The position numbers and the translations under genes are program-made. 64,000 nt of DNA from Myxococcota bacterium (GTDB lineage Bacteria > Myxococcota_A > UBA9042 > PHBI01 > JAWLBL01): contig JAWLBL010000020.1 of the NCBI GenBank assembly GCA_041687695.1, positions 80,647 to 144,646 of the forward strand. The letters are read 5' to 3'. Each line of letters begins with the position of its first letter. Within the stretch, counting starts at the first letter, position 1. Under the pieces are notes generated by a model that did no database searches, was not told where the DNA came from, and saw only the letters and a program-made list of their open reading frames with translations. Positions 56,052 through 64,000 of this stretch are shown here, piece after piece.

Positions 56052-56522
56052 TTGACGCGGGCGGCCCCGAACCGAGAGCATGGGGACGCGCCGACCCCGA
56101 CGGGAGGGTCGGCCGGGTCTTCAGCCGCGGGGTCGTCTTTGGGGGCGTGCATCCTCGTCGTCGACGATGATCAGGACATTCGCGAGGCGCTCCAGGAGAT
56201 CCTCGAGGACGACGGCTACGAGGTGCGACTGGCCTCGGACGGGCGCCAGGTGCTCGACCTCGTGGGCCGCGGCCTCCGTCCCGATCTCGTGCTGCTCGAT
56301 CTCATGATGCCGGCCATGGACGGCTGGGAGCTGCTCGGCCACCGCGCACAGCACGACGTCCTGGCCCACGTGCCGTTCGTGGTCCTCAGCGCGGTGCGCC
56401 CCGAGCGCCTAGAAGGCCTCGAGGGCGCCTCCGTGCTCAGCAAGCCGGTGGACCTCGAGGCGCTGCTGAGCCTCATCACGACCCTGCTGCACCAGACCGG
56501 CGAGGGCCGCGCCGATCCGTGA
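56052..56522 (+). CDS. Single-domain response regulator receiver
   Basis: ILVVDDD, DLVLLDLMMPAMDG, SKP; start uncertain. Confidence 0.85.
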   Translation: MTRAAPNREHGDAPTPTGGSAGSSAAGSSLGACILVVDDDQDIREALQEILEDDGYEVRLASDGRQVLDLVGRGLRPDLVLLDLMMPAMDGWELLGHRAQHDVLAHVPFVVLSAVRPERLEGLEGASVLSKPVDLEALLSLITTLLHQTGEGRADP

Positions 56523-56546
56523 TCGGCGGGTCCCCGGGCCCGAGCC

Positions 56547-57041
56547 TCACAGCGCGGCCAGCGCCGCCTCGTAGTCCGGCTCGCGCGCGATCTCCGAGAC
56601 CTGCTCGGCGTGCACCACCCGGTCCTCGTCGTCGAGCACGACGATCGCCCGCGAGCACAGGCCCGTCAGCGGCCCCGTGGTGATGCGCAGGCCATAGGCG
56701 TCGGCGAAGTCCGAGCGGAAGGCCGACAGCGTCTCGGCGTTCGCCAGCCCCTCGGCGGCGCAGAAGCGCTTGAGCGCGAACGGCAGGTCGACCGAGACGT
56801 TGAGGACCACGACCCCCTCGCGGTTCGCCGCGCGCTCGGCGAACTGTCGGACCGACGTCGCGCACACCGACGTGTCGATGCTGGGGAAGACGTTCAGCAC
56901 GCGCCGCTTGCCGCGGTAGTCGCTCAGGCGGACCTCGCTGAGATCGCTCTTGACCAGGGCCGCGTCGGCGGCGCGCTCGCCCACGGCGGGGAGCTCGCCG
57001 GCGGTGTGGATGACGTTGCCCTTGAGCGTGATCTGAGCCAT
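56547..57041 (-). CDS. tpx: Thiol peroxidase (atypical 2-Cys peroxiredoxin)
   Basis: MAQITLKGN, FPSIDTSVC, DLPFALKRFC, EPDYEAAL. Confidence 0.95.
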   Translation of the reverse strand: MAQITLKGNVIHTAGELPAVGERAADAALVKSDLSEVRLSDYRGKRRVLNVFPSIDTSVCATSVRQFAERAANREGVVVLNVSVDLPFALKRFCAAEGLANAETLSAFRSDFADAYGLRITTGPLTGLCSRAIVVLDDEDRVVHAEQVSEIAREPDYEAALAAL

Positions 57042-57142
57042 GGGGTCCTCGGTGGGGTAGGTGCTTGGACGCGCCGGCAGGCGCACGTCGCCGCGCCGGC
57101 ATCCCGAACGGAGCGCGGATTGTAGCGACCGGGCGTCCGCGC

Positions 57143-58021
57143 TCAAGCCGGACGCGACGCGACCCCGAGCGCCTCGGCCAGCGCCGGCAAGACCTGCCCC
57201 GATGGCCCGTCCACGTGCAGCTCGGCGAGCTCGGCCCCCCGCGACGGCGCGCCCAGGTTGACCATCGCGACCGGCCGCCCCAGCGCCGCCGCGTGCCGCA
57301 CGAACCGCAGCCCCGAGTACACGGCCAGCGACGTCCCCACCACCAGCAGCCCCTCGGCCCCGTCGATCACCTCGAACGCCCGCGCGACCGTCTCCCTCGG
57401 CACGCTCTCGCCGAAGAAGACCACGTTCGGCTTCAGGATCCCGCCGCACGCCAGGCAGTCCGCCACCACGAAGTCCGTCCACGCGCCGACGTCCACCTCG
57501 GCGTCCCCGTCGGGCGCGTGCTCGACCACCCGCCCCTCGAACCCCGGGTTCAGCGCCTGCAGCCGCGCCTGCACCCCGTCGCGGTCCTCGATCGCCCCGC
57601 ACCCCAGGCACCGCGCTTCGGCCAGCGCCCCGTGCAGCTCGACGACGGCCTCGCTGCCCGCCCGATGGTGCAGCCGGTCCACGTTCTGCGTGACCAGCCC
57701 GGTCACCCGCCCGCTCGCCTCCAGCGCCGCCAACGCCGCGTGGCCCGCGTTCGGCGCCGCCGCCCTCATCCGCGGCCACCCGGCCAGACTGCGCGCCCAG
57801 TACCGCCGCCGCGCCTCGGCGCTGCCCACGAACGCGCGGTACTCGATGGGGTTGCGGGCGCGCCGCCGCGTCTCCGGGCCGCGATAGTCCGGGATCCCCG
57901 ACTCGGTCGAACATCCGGCCCCCGTCAGCACGGCGAAGCGTCGCCCGGTCATCAGATCGATCAGCGCGTCCAGCGACGCGAAACGAGGCGGCTCCCAGGG
58001 CCGAGCGGCGACGCGAGTCAT
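57143..58021 (-). CDS. NAD-dependent protein deacylase (class II sirtuin, SIRT4-like)
   Basis: TGAGCSTESGIPDYRG, RRRYWARS, TQNVDRLH, ELHG, two CxxC, KPNVVFFGE, GTSL. Confidence 0.92.
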   Translation of the reverse strand: MTRVAARPWEPPRFASLDALIDLMTGRRFAVLTGAGCSTESGIPDYRGPETRRRARNPIEYRAFVGSAEARRRYWARSLAGWPRMRAAAPNAGHAALAALEASGRVTGLVTQNVDRLHHRAGSEAVVELHGALAEARCLGCGAIEDRDGVQARLQALNPGFEGRVVEHAPDGDAEVDVGAWTDFVVADCLACGGILKPNVVFFGESVPRETVARAFEVIDGAEGLLVVGTSLAVYSGLRFVRHAAALGRPVAMVNLGAPSRGAELAELHVDGPSGQVLPALAEALGVASRPA

Positions 58022-58381
58022 GCCCGCGACTCTGCGCGCGTCGCCCGCCGCCCGCAAGGGTAGGGCGCCGCCGACCGACGCCAAGCGCCGGGCTCGCCTG
58101 GGGCCTGCCGACCCCACCCCGACGCCCCGCGACCGCCTCTGGCCGCTCCGGAGTCCCTGAACATCCGTGCCCCGCTCGCCCCTCGGGTCCGCCGTCCCCA
58201 CCCGCCGCGGCCTCGAGACCGCACTTTCGCCCTCCGCGTCACCTCCGCGTCACCCCGGCCCCTCAAGCTCCGCGCCCATCACCCGCTGGCACGCTTCCCG
58301 CAAGGCGCCGCCCCGCCGACGCGGCCTCCGCCGCCCGGCGTTCGCCCATCGACCGGCGCCCCAGCGCCTCCGGAGGAGCTC

Positions 58382-60130
58382 ATGAGCCATCGTCGTCCCT
58401 GGCTTTCGACCCGCCTCGTCCTCGCCCTCGCCGCGGCCGCCCTCGCGGCCTGCGACACGTCCGCCGACCGGGGGCCCCTGGTCGACCCGCCTCTGCCGCC
58501 GGGCAAGGCCGACGTGGCCGACGTCGTGCCGGTCCGCGCCGCCCTGGCCTTCGGAGAGGACGCCGCCGTCACCGCCGCCTTCGCCCACGACCTCGAGTTC
58601 CACGGCTACACCCTCTCTGTCGCCGCCGGGGCCGTGGTCGGGCTCGACGTGGCCCACAAGGGCTCGTCCTCCAAGCTCGACACGACCCTGTACGTCTACG
58701 GCCCCCAGAACGACGCCGGCGGCTTCGGGGCCAGCGCCATCGCCTTCGACGACGACGCCGGCTGGGGACGCCTGTCGCGCCTGCGCCCGCTCGAGCTCGC
58801 CGCGTCCGGCACCTATCTGATCGTCGTCGGCACCCGCGACGGCCGCGGCCGCGGCCACTATCGCCTGGTCACCACCTGTCCGGCCGGCGACTGCGCGCCG
58901 ACGCCGGCGCCCCCGGCCGGCTGCCACCCCCAGATCGCCGCAGCCGTCGAGGCCTGCGTCGCCGACTGGCAGGCCGACCCCGACTACGACCCGGCTGTGG
59001 TGAGCCACGCCGACCTCATCGAGCAGTGCGCCGACGCCGAGCCGGTCGCCCCCGCCCTCGACGCCCTGTGCGTCCAGCCCGAAGCCCCGGCCGAGCTGTG
59101 CCAGGTCGACTACGAGACCTTCGCCACGACCCACCTGCCTCTGTGCCGACGCCAGCTGACCGAGGCCCTGCTCGACCAGGCCTGCGTCTTCGGCGACACC
59201 TACCGCGACGCCCTCCGCTCGGACGCCGTCGTGGTCCTCTGGTCCCGTACCCTCACCCAGGCCAGCCCCCTGACCGCCCTCGAGGCCGATCAGGTCGTCC
59301 GCGCCGTCCGCACCACCTCCCACCAGGTCGACACGGCGCCCCAGGCCTTCACTGTCGTCGACCAGGGCCAGGTCGTGCAGACCGAGCTCTGGGATGCCTC
59401 CGGCCGCCGCGCCTTCACCGCCTACGAGCTGGGCGCCGGCGACAACTCCTACGGTCTGTTCTTCCACCACGGCAGCCTGACCCCGGCGGCCCGCATCAAC
59501 GACGGCGATCTGCTCGACTGCGACGTCACCTGGGGCCCCGAGCGGCGCCGCTGCGCGACCTCCGACGACTGCGCCGAGGGCCTGTCCTGCGTCGGCCGCC
59601 CCGAGGGCGCCCCCTGGGGCCGCTGCATCGATCTGCGGGCCGACGACCACCCCGAAGACGGCGCCCCCTGCGTAGGCCTCGACGGCTGCCCGGCCGGAGC
59701 CGGCCTGGTCTGCGGTGGCGCGGTCTCCCACCCCGAGCAGCAGGGCCTGTGCCTGCCCGCCTGGATGCGCGCCCACTTCGACACCCAGCCCGACCTTCCC
59801 ATCCCCGACGGCGGCGTTGGCGCCACCGCCCAGCTGCTGGTCCACGGCCTGGCCAGCGTCGACGTGGACGCGACGATCGATCTGCTCATCGAGCACCCGC
59901 GCCCCTCGGACCTGACCGTCACCCTCACCAACCCGGCCGGCAACGAGCTGGTCCTGACCGACCCCACCTGGGCGGCCCCCGAGATCCACCTCCGCGGTCT
60001 CCCGCTCCGGGGCCTGTCGGGCGACGAGTCGGTCAACGGCCCCTGGACCCTCCTCGTCCGCGACGTGGTCAAGGGCCAGACCGGCGTCCTGCACCACTTC
60101 GCCCTGACCCTCACCTCGCGCTGGGACTGA
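58382..60130 (+). CDS. Lipoprotein with pre-peptidase C-terminal-like and proprotein-convertase P-like domains, Cys-rich middle
   Basis: Lipobox LAAC then GKAD; LDTTLYVYGP..DDDAG; IEHPRPSDL.VTL..P.G..NGPWTLLVRD...G.L. Confidence 0.7.
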   Translation: MSHRRPWLSTRLVLALAAAALAACDTSADRGPLVDPPLPPGKADVADVVPVRAALAFGEDAAVTAAFAHDLEFHGYTLSVAAGAVVGLDVAHKGSSSKLDTTLYVYGPQNDAGGFGASAIAFDDDAGWGRLSRLRPLELAASGTYLIVVGTRDGRGRGHYRLVTTCPAGDCAPTPAPPAGCHPQIAAAVEACVADWQADPDYDPAVVSHADLIEQCADAEPVAPALDALCVQPEAPAELCQVDYETFATTHLPLCRRQLTEALLDQACVFGDTYRDALRSDAVVVLWSRTLTQASPLTALEADQVVRAVRTTSHQVDTAPQAFTVVDQGQVVQTELWDASGRRAFTAYELGAGDNSYGLFFHHGSLTPAARINDGDLLDCDVTWGPERRRCATSDDCAEGLSCVGRPEGAPWGRCIDLRADDHPEDGAPCVGLDGCPAGAGLVCGGAVSHPEQQGLCLPAWMRAHFDTQPDLPIPDGGVGATAQLLVHGLASVDVDATIDLLIEHPRPSDLTVTLTNPAGNELVLTDPTWAAPEIHLRGLPLRGLSGDESVNGPWTLLVRDVVKGQTGVLHHFALTLTSRWD

Positions 60131-60230
60131 CCCTCCGGCCTGCCGGACGCTCCGCGGCGCCCCCCGCCCGGAGCGTCCTCCCCCGCCGCCTCCACCCAGG
60201 GCGTCGGCCGCCTGGCATCGCCGACTTCCA

Positions 60231-60402
60231 GAGGGTGTCGCAAGAGGCCAACCGGAGTGCTCCACCTTGGTGGAGCCCCCATCCGGCGCAGCTTGCTGCG
60301 CCGGGTTGGCGGCCAGATCCCGGCGGCAAGCCGCCGGGGCCGGGGCTCCGGCAAGCCGGAGCACTCCAGGGCCGCCTCCTCGGGCATCAATACGACTCCG
60401 GC
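60231..60402 (-). mobile_element. 172-bp MITE-like element, copy C (opposite orientation, one TIR decayed)
   Basis: Reverse complement of copy A; left TIR GAGGGTGTCG intact, right end reads cgactccggc. Confidence 0.65.
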
Positions 60403-60461
60403 TTCAGGCCGGCCCAGGCTCCGACGCTTCCTTCGTCGGCCGCTGGGTTAGCTGGCTTCCA

Positions 60462-60633
60462 GAGGGTGTCGCAGAAGGCCAACTGGAGTGCTCCACCTTG
60501 GTGGAGCCCCCATCCGGCGCAGCTTGCTGCGCCGGGTTGGCGGCCAGATCCCGGCGGCAAGCCGCCGGGGCTGGGGCTCCGGCAAGCCGGAGCACTCCAG
60601 GGCCGCCTCCGCCGGCAGCAATGCGACACCCTC
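60462..60633 (-). mobile_element. 172-bp MITE-like element, copy D, flanked by TTCCA direct repeats
   Basis: 12-bp TIR GAGGGTGTCGCA/TGCGACACCCTC; TTCCA at 60457-60461 and 60634-60638. Confidence 0.8.
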
Positions 60634-60697
60634 TTCCAGCCGGCCAGCCTCGCTCCCATCCCCGGACCGCTCGCGCTGGGCCCTGCGCCGGCCGCCT

Positions 60698-60778
60698 GGG
60701 ATCGCCGGCTTCCAGCCGGCCAGCCTCACTGCCATCCCCGGACCCGCTCCCGCTGGGATCGCCGGCTTCCAGCCGGCC
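60698..60778. repeat. REP-like palindromes GGGATCGCCGGCTTCCAGCCGGC (two uninterrupted copies)
   Basis: GCCGGC-TTCCA-GCCGGC at 60704-60720 and 60761-60777. Confidence 0.7.
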
Positions 60779-60823
60779 CGGACGCCAGCTCGACCCAGCG
60801 CCCGGCGCCGGCGGGCCCGGCCC

Positions 60824-61426
60824 TCACATCCGGAACCCCAGGTGCACCGTCGGGAAGACCACCCACTCCGAGTCCTTGACCGTCTTGCCGGCCAGTTCGA
60901 AGTCACCGCCGCCGAACACGTGGTCCACGCTGACCCACGGCGTCACGTAGAACCCGCCGGCGAGGTCCAGCAGGTACCCGATCCGCGCCCCGACCTGCGC
61001 CCGGCTCGCCTCGCGCGACAGGCTGCTCGCCTCGTCCCGCGTGTGCATGGTCACCAGCCCCGCCCCCAGCCCGGCGAAGGGGCCGCTGCGGTCCTCGCTC
61101 AGGAACACGTCGGCCTTCACGCCGAAGCCGGCGAAGTCGATGTCCACCCCCTCGTTGCCATGGAAGAAGGTCGGCACGTCCATCCCGAACGCCCCCAGAT
61201 CCAGCCGCACCCGGCCCCACCCGAAGCCCACGTGCAGCGAGTGCCCGCCGAACACGTAGGCGATGGGGTCCACCTCGATGTCGAAGCCGGCGGGCCGCGC
61301 CTCGTCCGCCTCGCGGACCTGCGTGGTCGGCGTCGCCCCGGCGCCCTCGGCCGCCATCGCCGCCGGAGCCATCGCCACCATCGCCACCGTCGCCATCGCC
61401 ACCGAACCCATCCAAGCAGTCTTCAT
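60824..61426 (-). CDS. Putative small outer-membrane beta-barrel protein
   Basis: Signal peptide, alternating amphipathic strands, C-terminal VHLGFRM. Confidence 0.65.
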   Translation of the reverse strand: MKTAWMGSVAMATVAMVAMAPAAMAAEGAGATPTTQVREADEARPAGFDIEVDPIAYVFGGHSLHVGFGWGRVRLDLGAFGMDVPTFFHGNEGVDIDFAGFGVKADVFLSEDRSGPFAGLGAGLVTMHTRDEASSLSREASRAQVGARIGYLLDLAGGFYVTPWVSVDHVFGGGDFELAGKTVKDSEWVVFPTVHLGFRM

Positions 61427-61565
61427 GACGTCTCTCCCGGGGACGATCACCCGTCCCGTCCAGCGTTCGTGCGACCCGAGGCGCCGTTGCCTTGCGTCGC
61501 GAAGACAAGGTAGCTAGATCGCCGATGCATGACTTCGGCCAATACCGACCAGCAGGTATGCATCC

Positions 61566-62507
61566 GTGGATAGCTTCGACTGGGACGCGATCCGCAGCTT
61601 CGTCGCCGTGGCGCGCCACGGCTCGCTCACTGCGGCGGCCAAGGCCCTGGGGGCCAGCCAGCCCACCCTCAGCCGCCACGTCCGCGCCCTCGAGGAGGCG
61701 GTCGGTGGCCCGCTGTTCGTGCGCTTCGCGCGCGGCGTGCGTCTGACCGAGCGGGGCCGGGCCCTGGCCGACGAGGCGGCGCACGTCGAGGAGGCCATGG
61801 TGCGCCTGTCGCGGGCCGTCAGCGGCACCCGCGAGCGGCTGGCCGGCACGGTGCGCGTCGCCGCCAGCGAGATCGTGGGTGTCGAGGTCGTCGCCCCGGC
61901 GCTGCCGACCCTCCGCGCGCGTCATCCGGGCCTCGAGGTCGAGCTGGTCCTCGACAACAGCCCCGCCGATCTGCTGACCGGGCAGGCCGATCTCGCGGTC
62001 CGCCTGTTCCGTCCGGCCCAGGCGGACCTCGTCGCCCGCCTGGTGGGAACGGTCCCGCTGGCGCTGTACGGCCACCGCGACTACCTGGCGCGCCACGGCA
62101 CGCCGACCACGGTCGACGATCTGCTGGCGCACACCCTCATCGGCTTCGACCCCCGCGGCCCCATGGCCCGCGCGATGGAGACGGTCGAGCCCCGCCTGAC
62201 CCCGGACCGCTTCGCCCTGCGCACCGACTCGCTGACCGCCCAGCTGCAGGCGGCCCGCGCCGGCTTCGGCCTGGCCGTCCTGCAGCGCCCCATCGCCCAG
62301 CGCTACCCCGAGCTGGTCGCCGTCGAGCTGGCCTTCAGCCCCTTCCAGGTCCCGCTCTGGCTGGTGACCCACCGGGATCTCCGCACGGCGGCGCCCATCC
62401 GCGCGGCCTTCACCTGGCTCGAGGAGACCCTGGCCGCCTACGCCGCCGCCGCGTCGTCGGCAGAAGCTGGCCCTTGTGAGCCACCGGCCGCTGACTTACG
62501 GTCCTGA
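61566..62507 (+). CDS. LysR-family transcriptional regulator
   Basis: FVAVARHGSLTAAAKALGASQPTLSRHVRALE..LF.R, ADLAVR; divergent from the beta-barrel gene. Confidence 0.93.
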   Translation: MDSFDWDAIRSFVAVARHGSLTAAAKALGASQPTLSRHVRALEEAVGGPLFVRFARGVRLTERGRALADEAAHVEEAMVRLSRAVSGTRERLAGTVRVAASEIVGVEVVAPALPTLRARHPGLEVELVLDNSPADLLTGQADLAVRLFRPAQADLVARLVGTVPLALYGHRDYLARHGTPTTVDDLLAHTLIGFDPRGPMARAMETVEPRLTPDRFALRTDSLTAQLQAARAGFGLAVLQRPIAQRYPELVAVELAFSPFQVPLWLVTHRDLRTAAPIRAAFTWLEETLAAYAAAASSAEAGPCEPPAADLRS

Positions 62508-62510
62508 GCG

Positions 62511-63074
62511 ATGGCGAGTCGAACCACCTATCGGGATCAGGCGTTGGGACAGGCCCTGGGGCTCCTCGCGGCGCGCTACGGCGTGCACTTCGAGCCGGCC
62601 TTCGACGGCGGCGGCGCCTATGAGACGCCCCAGGGCTTCGCCTTCGAGCTGCCGTCGGTCGACGACCTCGAGAGCCTGATGAGCGACTGGCGCGACGAGC
62701 TGCTCGATCTCGGCTGCTACGTCTTCCTCGTCCATGCCACCGCCGACGAGCGCTACCGCTGCGGCCTCGTCGCCACCGCCGACCAGTTCGAGGCGGTGCG
62801 CCTGGTCGGCACCGAGGACGTCGCCGGCGGCCTGACCAACGACGACGTCGTCGCCTGGCTCGAGCGCCTGCACGAGGACCACCCCTTCGCCCTGACCGGC
62901 ATCGCCCCCGACACCCTGCAGGGCATCTTCCTCGACCCGGTCGACGACCCCGAAGAGGTCGTCGAGCGCGTCCGCTCCATCGCCCCCGAGACCGAGTACG
63001 TCGCCCTCGACGAGCCCGACGAGCTCCTCGAGATGGTCCGCGACGAGCAGGTCTTCCTCCTCTGGTGGGGCTGA
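62511..63074 (+). CDS. DUF4253-like protein (copy 1)
   Basis: DQFEAVRLVGT, DVVAWLERL, APE, terminal LLWWG. Confidence 0.7.
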   Translation: MASRTTYRDQALGQALGLLAARYGVHFEPAFDGGGAYETPQGFAFELPSVDDLESLMSDWRDELLDLGCYVFLVHATADERYRCGLVATADQFEAVRLVGTEDVAGGLTNDDVVAWLERLHEDHPFALTGIAPDTLQGIFLDPVDDPEEVVERVRSIAPETEYVALDEPDELLEMVRDEQVFLLWWG

Positions 63075-63130
63075 ACGGCCGCCCGAGCCATCCGCCTCAA
63101 GCACCCCGCGCCTCTTCCCGAGACCGCTCC

Positions 63131-63688
63131 ATGATCAACCCGCGGCTTGCCCAGGATCGCCTCACGCAGGCCAAGGCCCTCATCGCCGAGCGCCTCCCGG
63201 TCGCGTTCGAGCCCGCCTTCGACGGAGGCGGCGCCTTCGACTCCCCCCAGGGCTGCGTCTTCCACGTGCCCTCGCTCGACGGTTACGAGGTCCTGATGGA
63301 CGAGCTGTTCGCCGAGGTCGTCTCGCTCGGCTGCTACGTCTTCATGACCGAACCCGAAGAAGCGGGCCTCCTCTGCGGCCTTGTCCCGACCAACGACCAG
63401 TTCGAGGCCGTCCGACTGGTCGGCACCGCCGACCCGAACGGCGATCGAACGACCGCCGACATCGTCGACTGGCTCCGCCGCCTCCACGACGACCACCCGC
63501 TCTCCCTGACCGGCCTCTCCTCCGACCGCGTCCAGGGCCTCTTCGTCGAGCCCCTCACCGACCCCGACTCCGTGCGCGAGCGCATCGTCTCCTTCGCCCC
63601 CGAAACGGCCCACGGCCTCTTCGAGGACGAGGACGACCTCCTCGCCATGCTCAGCGACGACAGCGCCTTCGCCCTCTGGTGGGACTGA
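63131..63688 (+). CDS. DUF4253-like protein (copy 2)
   Basis: Paralog of the previous gene; DQFEAVRLVGT, DIVDWLRRL, FAPE, terminal LWWD. Confidence 0.7.
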   Translation: MINPRLAQDRLTQAKALIAERLPVAFEPAFDGGGAFDSPQGCVFHVPSLDGYEVLMDELFAEVVSLGCYVFMTEPEEAGLLCGLVPTNDQFEAVRLVGTADPNGDRTTADIVDWLRRLHDDHPLSLTGLSSDRVQGLFVEPLTDPDSVRERIVSFAPETAHGLFEDEDDLLAMLSDDSAFALWWD

Positions 63689-63744
63689 GCGCATCGCCCT
63701 TCGGCTCTCGACCGGCCGTTCGGCACCGTTCAGCCCCGCCTCAC

Positions 63745-64000
63745 CCGGAGTGCCCGCGCTCGCGCGGGCACGCTGGTTTGCAGAGCTTGCGGCGCCCGGG
63801 GGCCTCGACCCGGCGACGAGCGCAGCGAGCTTCGCCAGTCCGGAGCCCGAGCGAGCTCGTGCCGTCCGAATCGACTCCCGACCTCGCGGCTGTCCCGGAG
63901 TGCCCGCGCTCGCGCGGGCTCGCTGGATCGCGCCGCTTGCGGCGTCCGGGGCTTCGACCCGGCGACGGGCGTAGCGAGCTGCGCCAAGCCGGAGCCCGAG
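63745..64000. repeat. ~150-bp tandem palindromic repeat, truncated by window end
   Basis: ccggagtgcccgcgctcgcgcgggc starts at 63745 and 63895; shared tcgacccggcgacg and ccggagcccgag. Confidence 0.75.

Noticed and set aside
57143..58021. Sirtuin as an anti-phage SIR2 effector
   Set aside because: Ordinary class II deacylase with zinc-binding cysteines, in a housekeeping context
1..64000. Frequent CTCGAG/GTCGAC/TCGA palindromes as a HIP-like signal
   Set aside because: Plausibly explained by Leu-Glu and Val-Asp codon pairs at high GC3; enrichment cannot be shown without a codon-aware count

Overview
Very GC-rich, gene-dense bacterial DNA, most consistent with a Myxococcota-like deltaproteobacterium (MYXO-CTERM-type sorting signal, Glt-like gliding genes, many lipoproteins). 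About 46 real CDSs are supported; most other long ORFs in the track are GC-driven shadow frames. The centre (23.2-44.4 kb) is a divergent cell-surface locus. Leftward runs a compact gliding-motility-like cluster: VWA lipoprotein (CglB-like), OM beta-barrel (GltA/B-like), three TPR proteins (GltC/D/E-like) and three tandem GltF/CglF-like mini-genes. Rightward run four large Ig-like-repeat lipoproteins ending in YfaP-like, YfaP-like, VWA and PKD-like heads. Also present: a candidate ceramide synthase/reductase pair, a Cys-rich MYXO-CTERM protein convergent on a CPBP protease, mrfAB-like repair genes and lexA with candidate SOS boxes, mtnBD, asd, ribBX, tpx, a sirtuin, and a 172-bp hairpin-rich MITE-like element inserted into a REP-like palindrome with a 5-bp target duplication. 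No rRNA, tRNA or CRISPR array was seen. All family assignments come from motif recognition by eye, not database searches.
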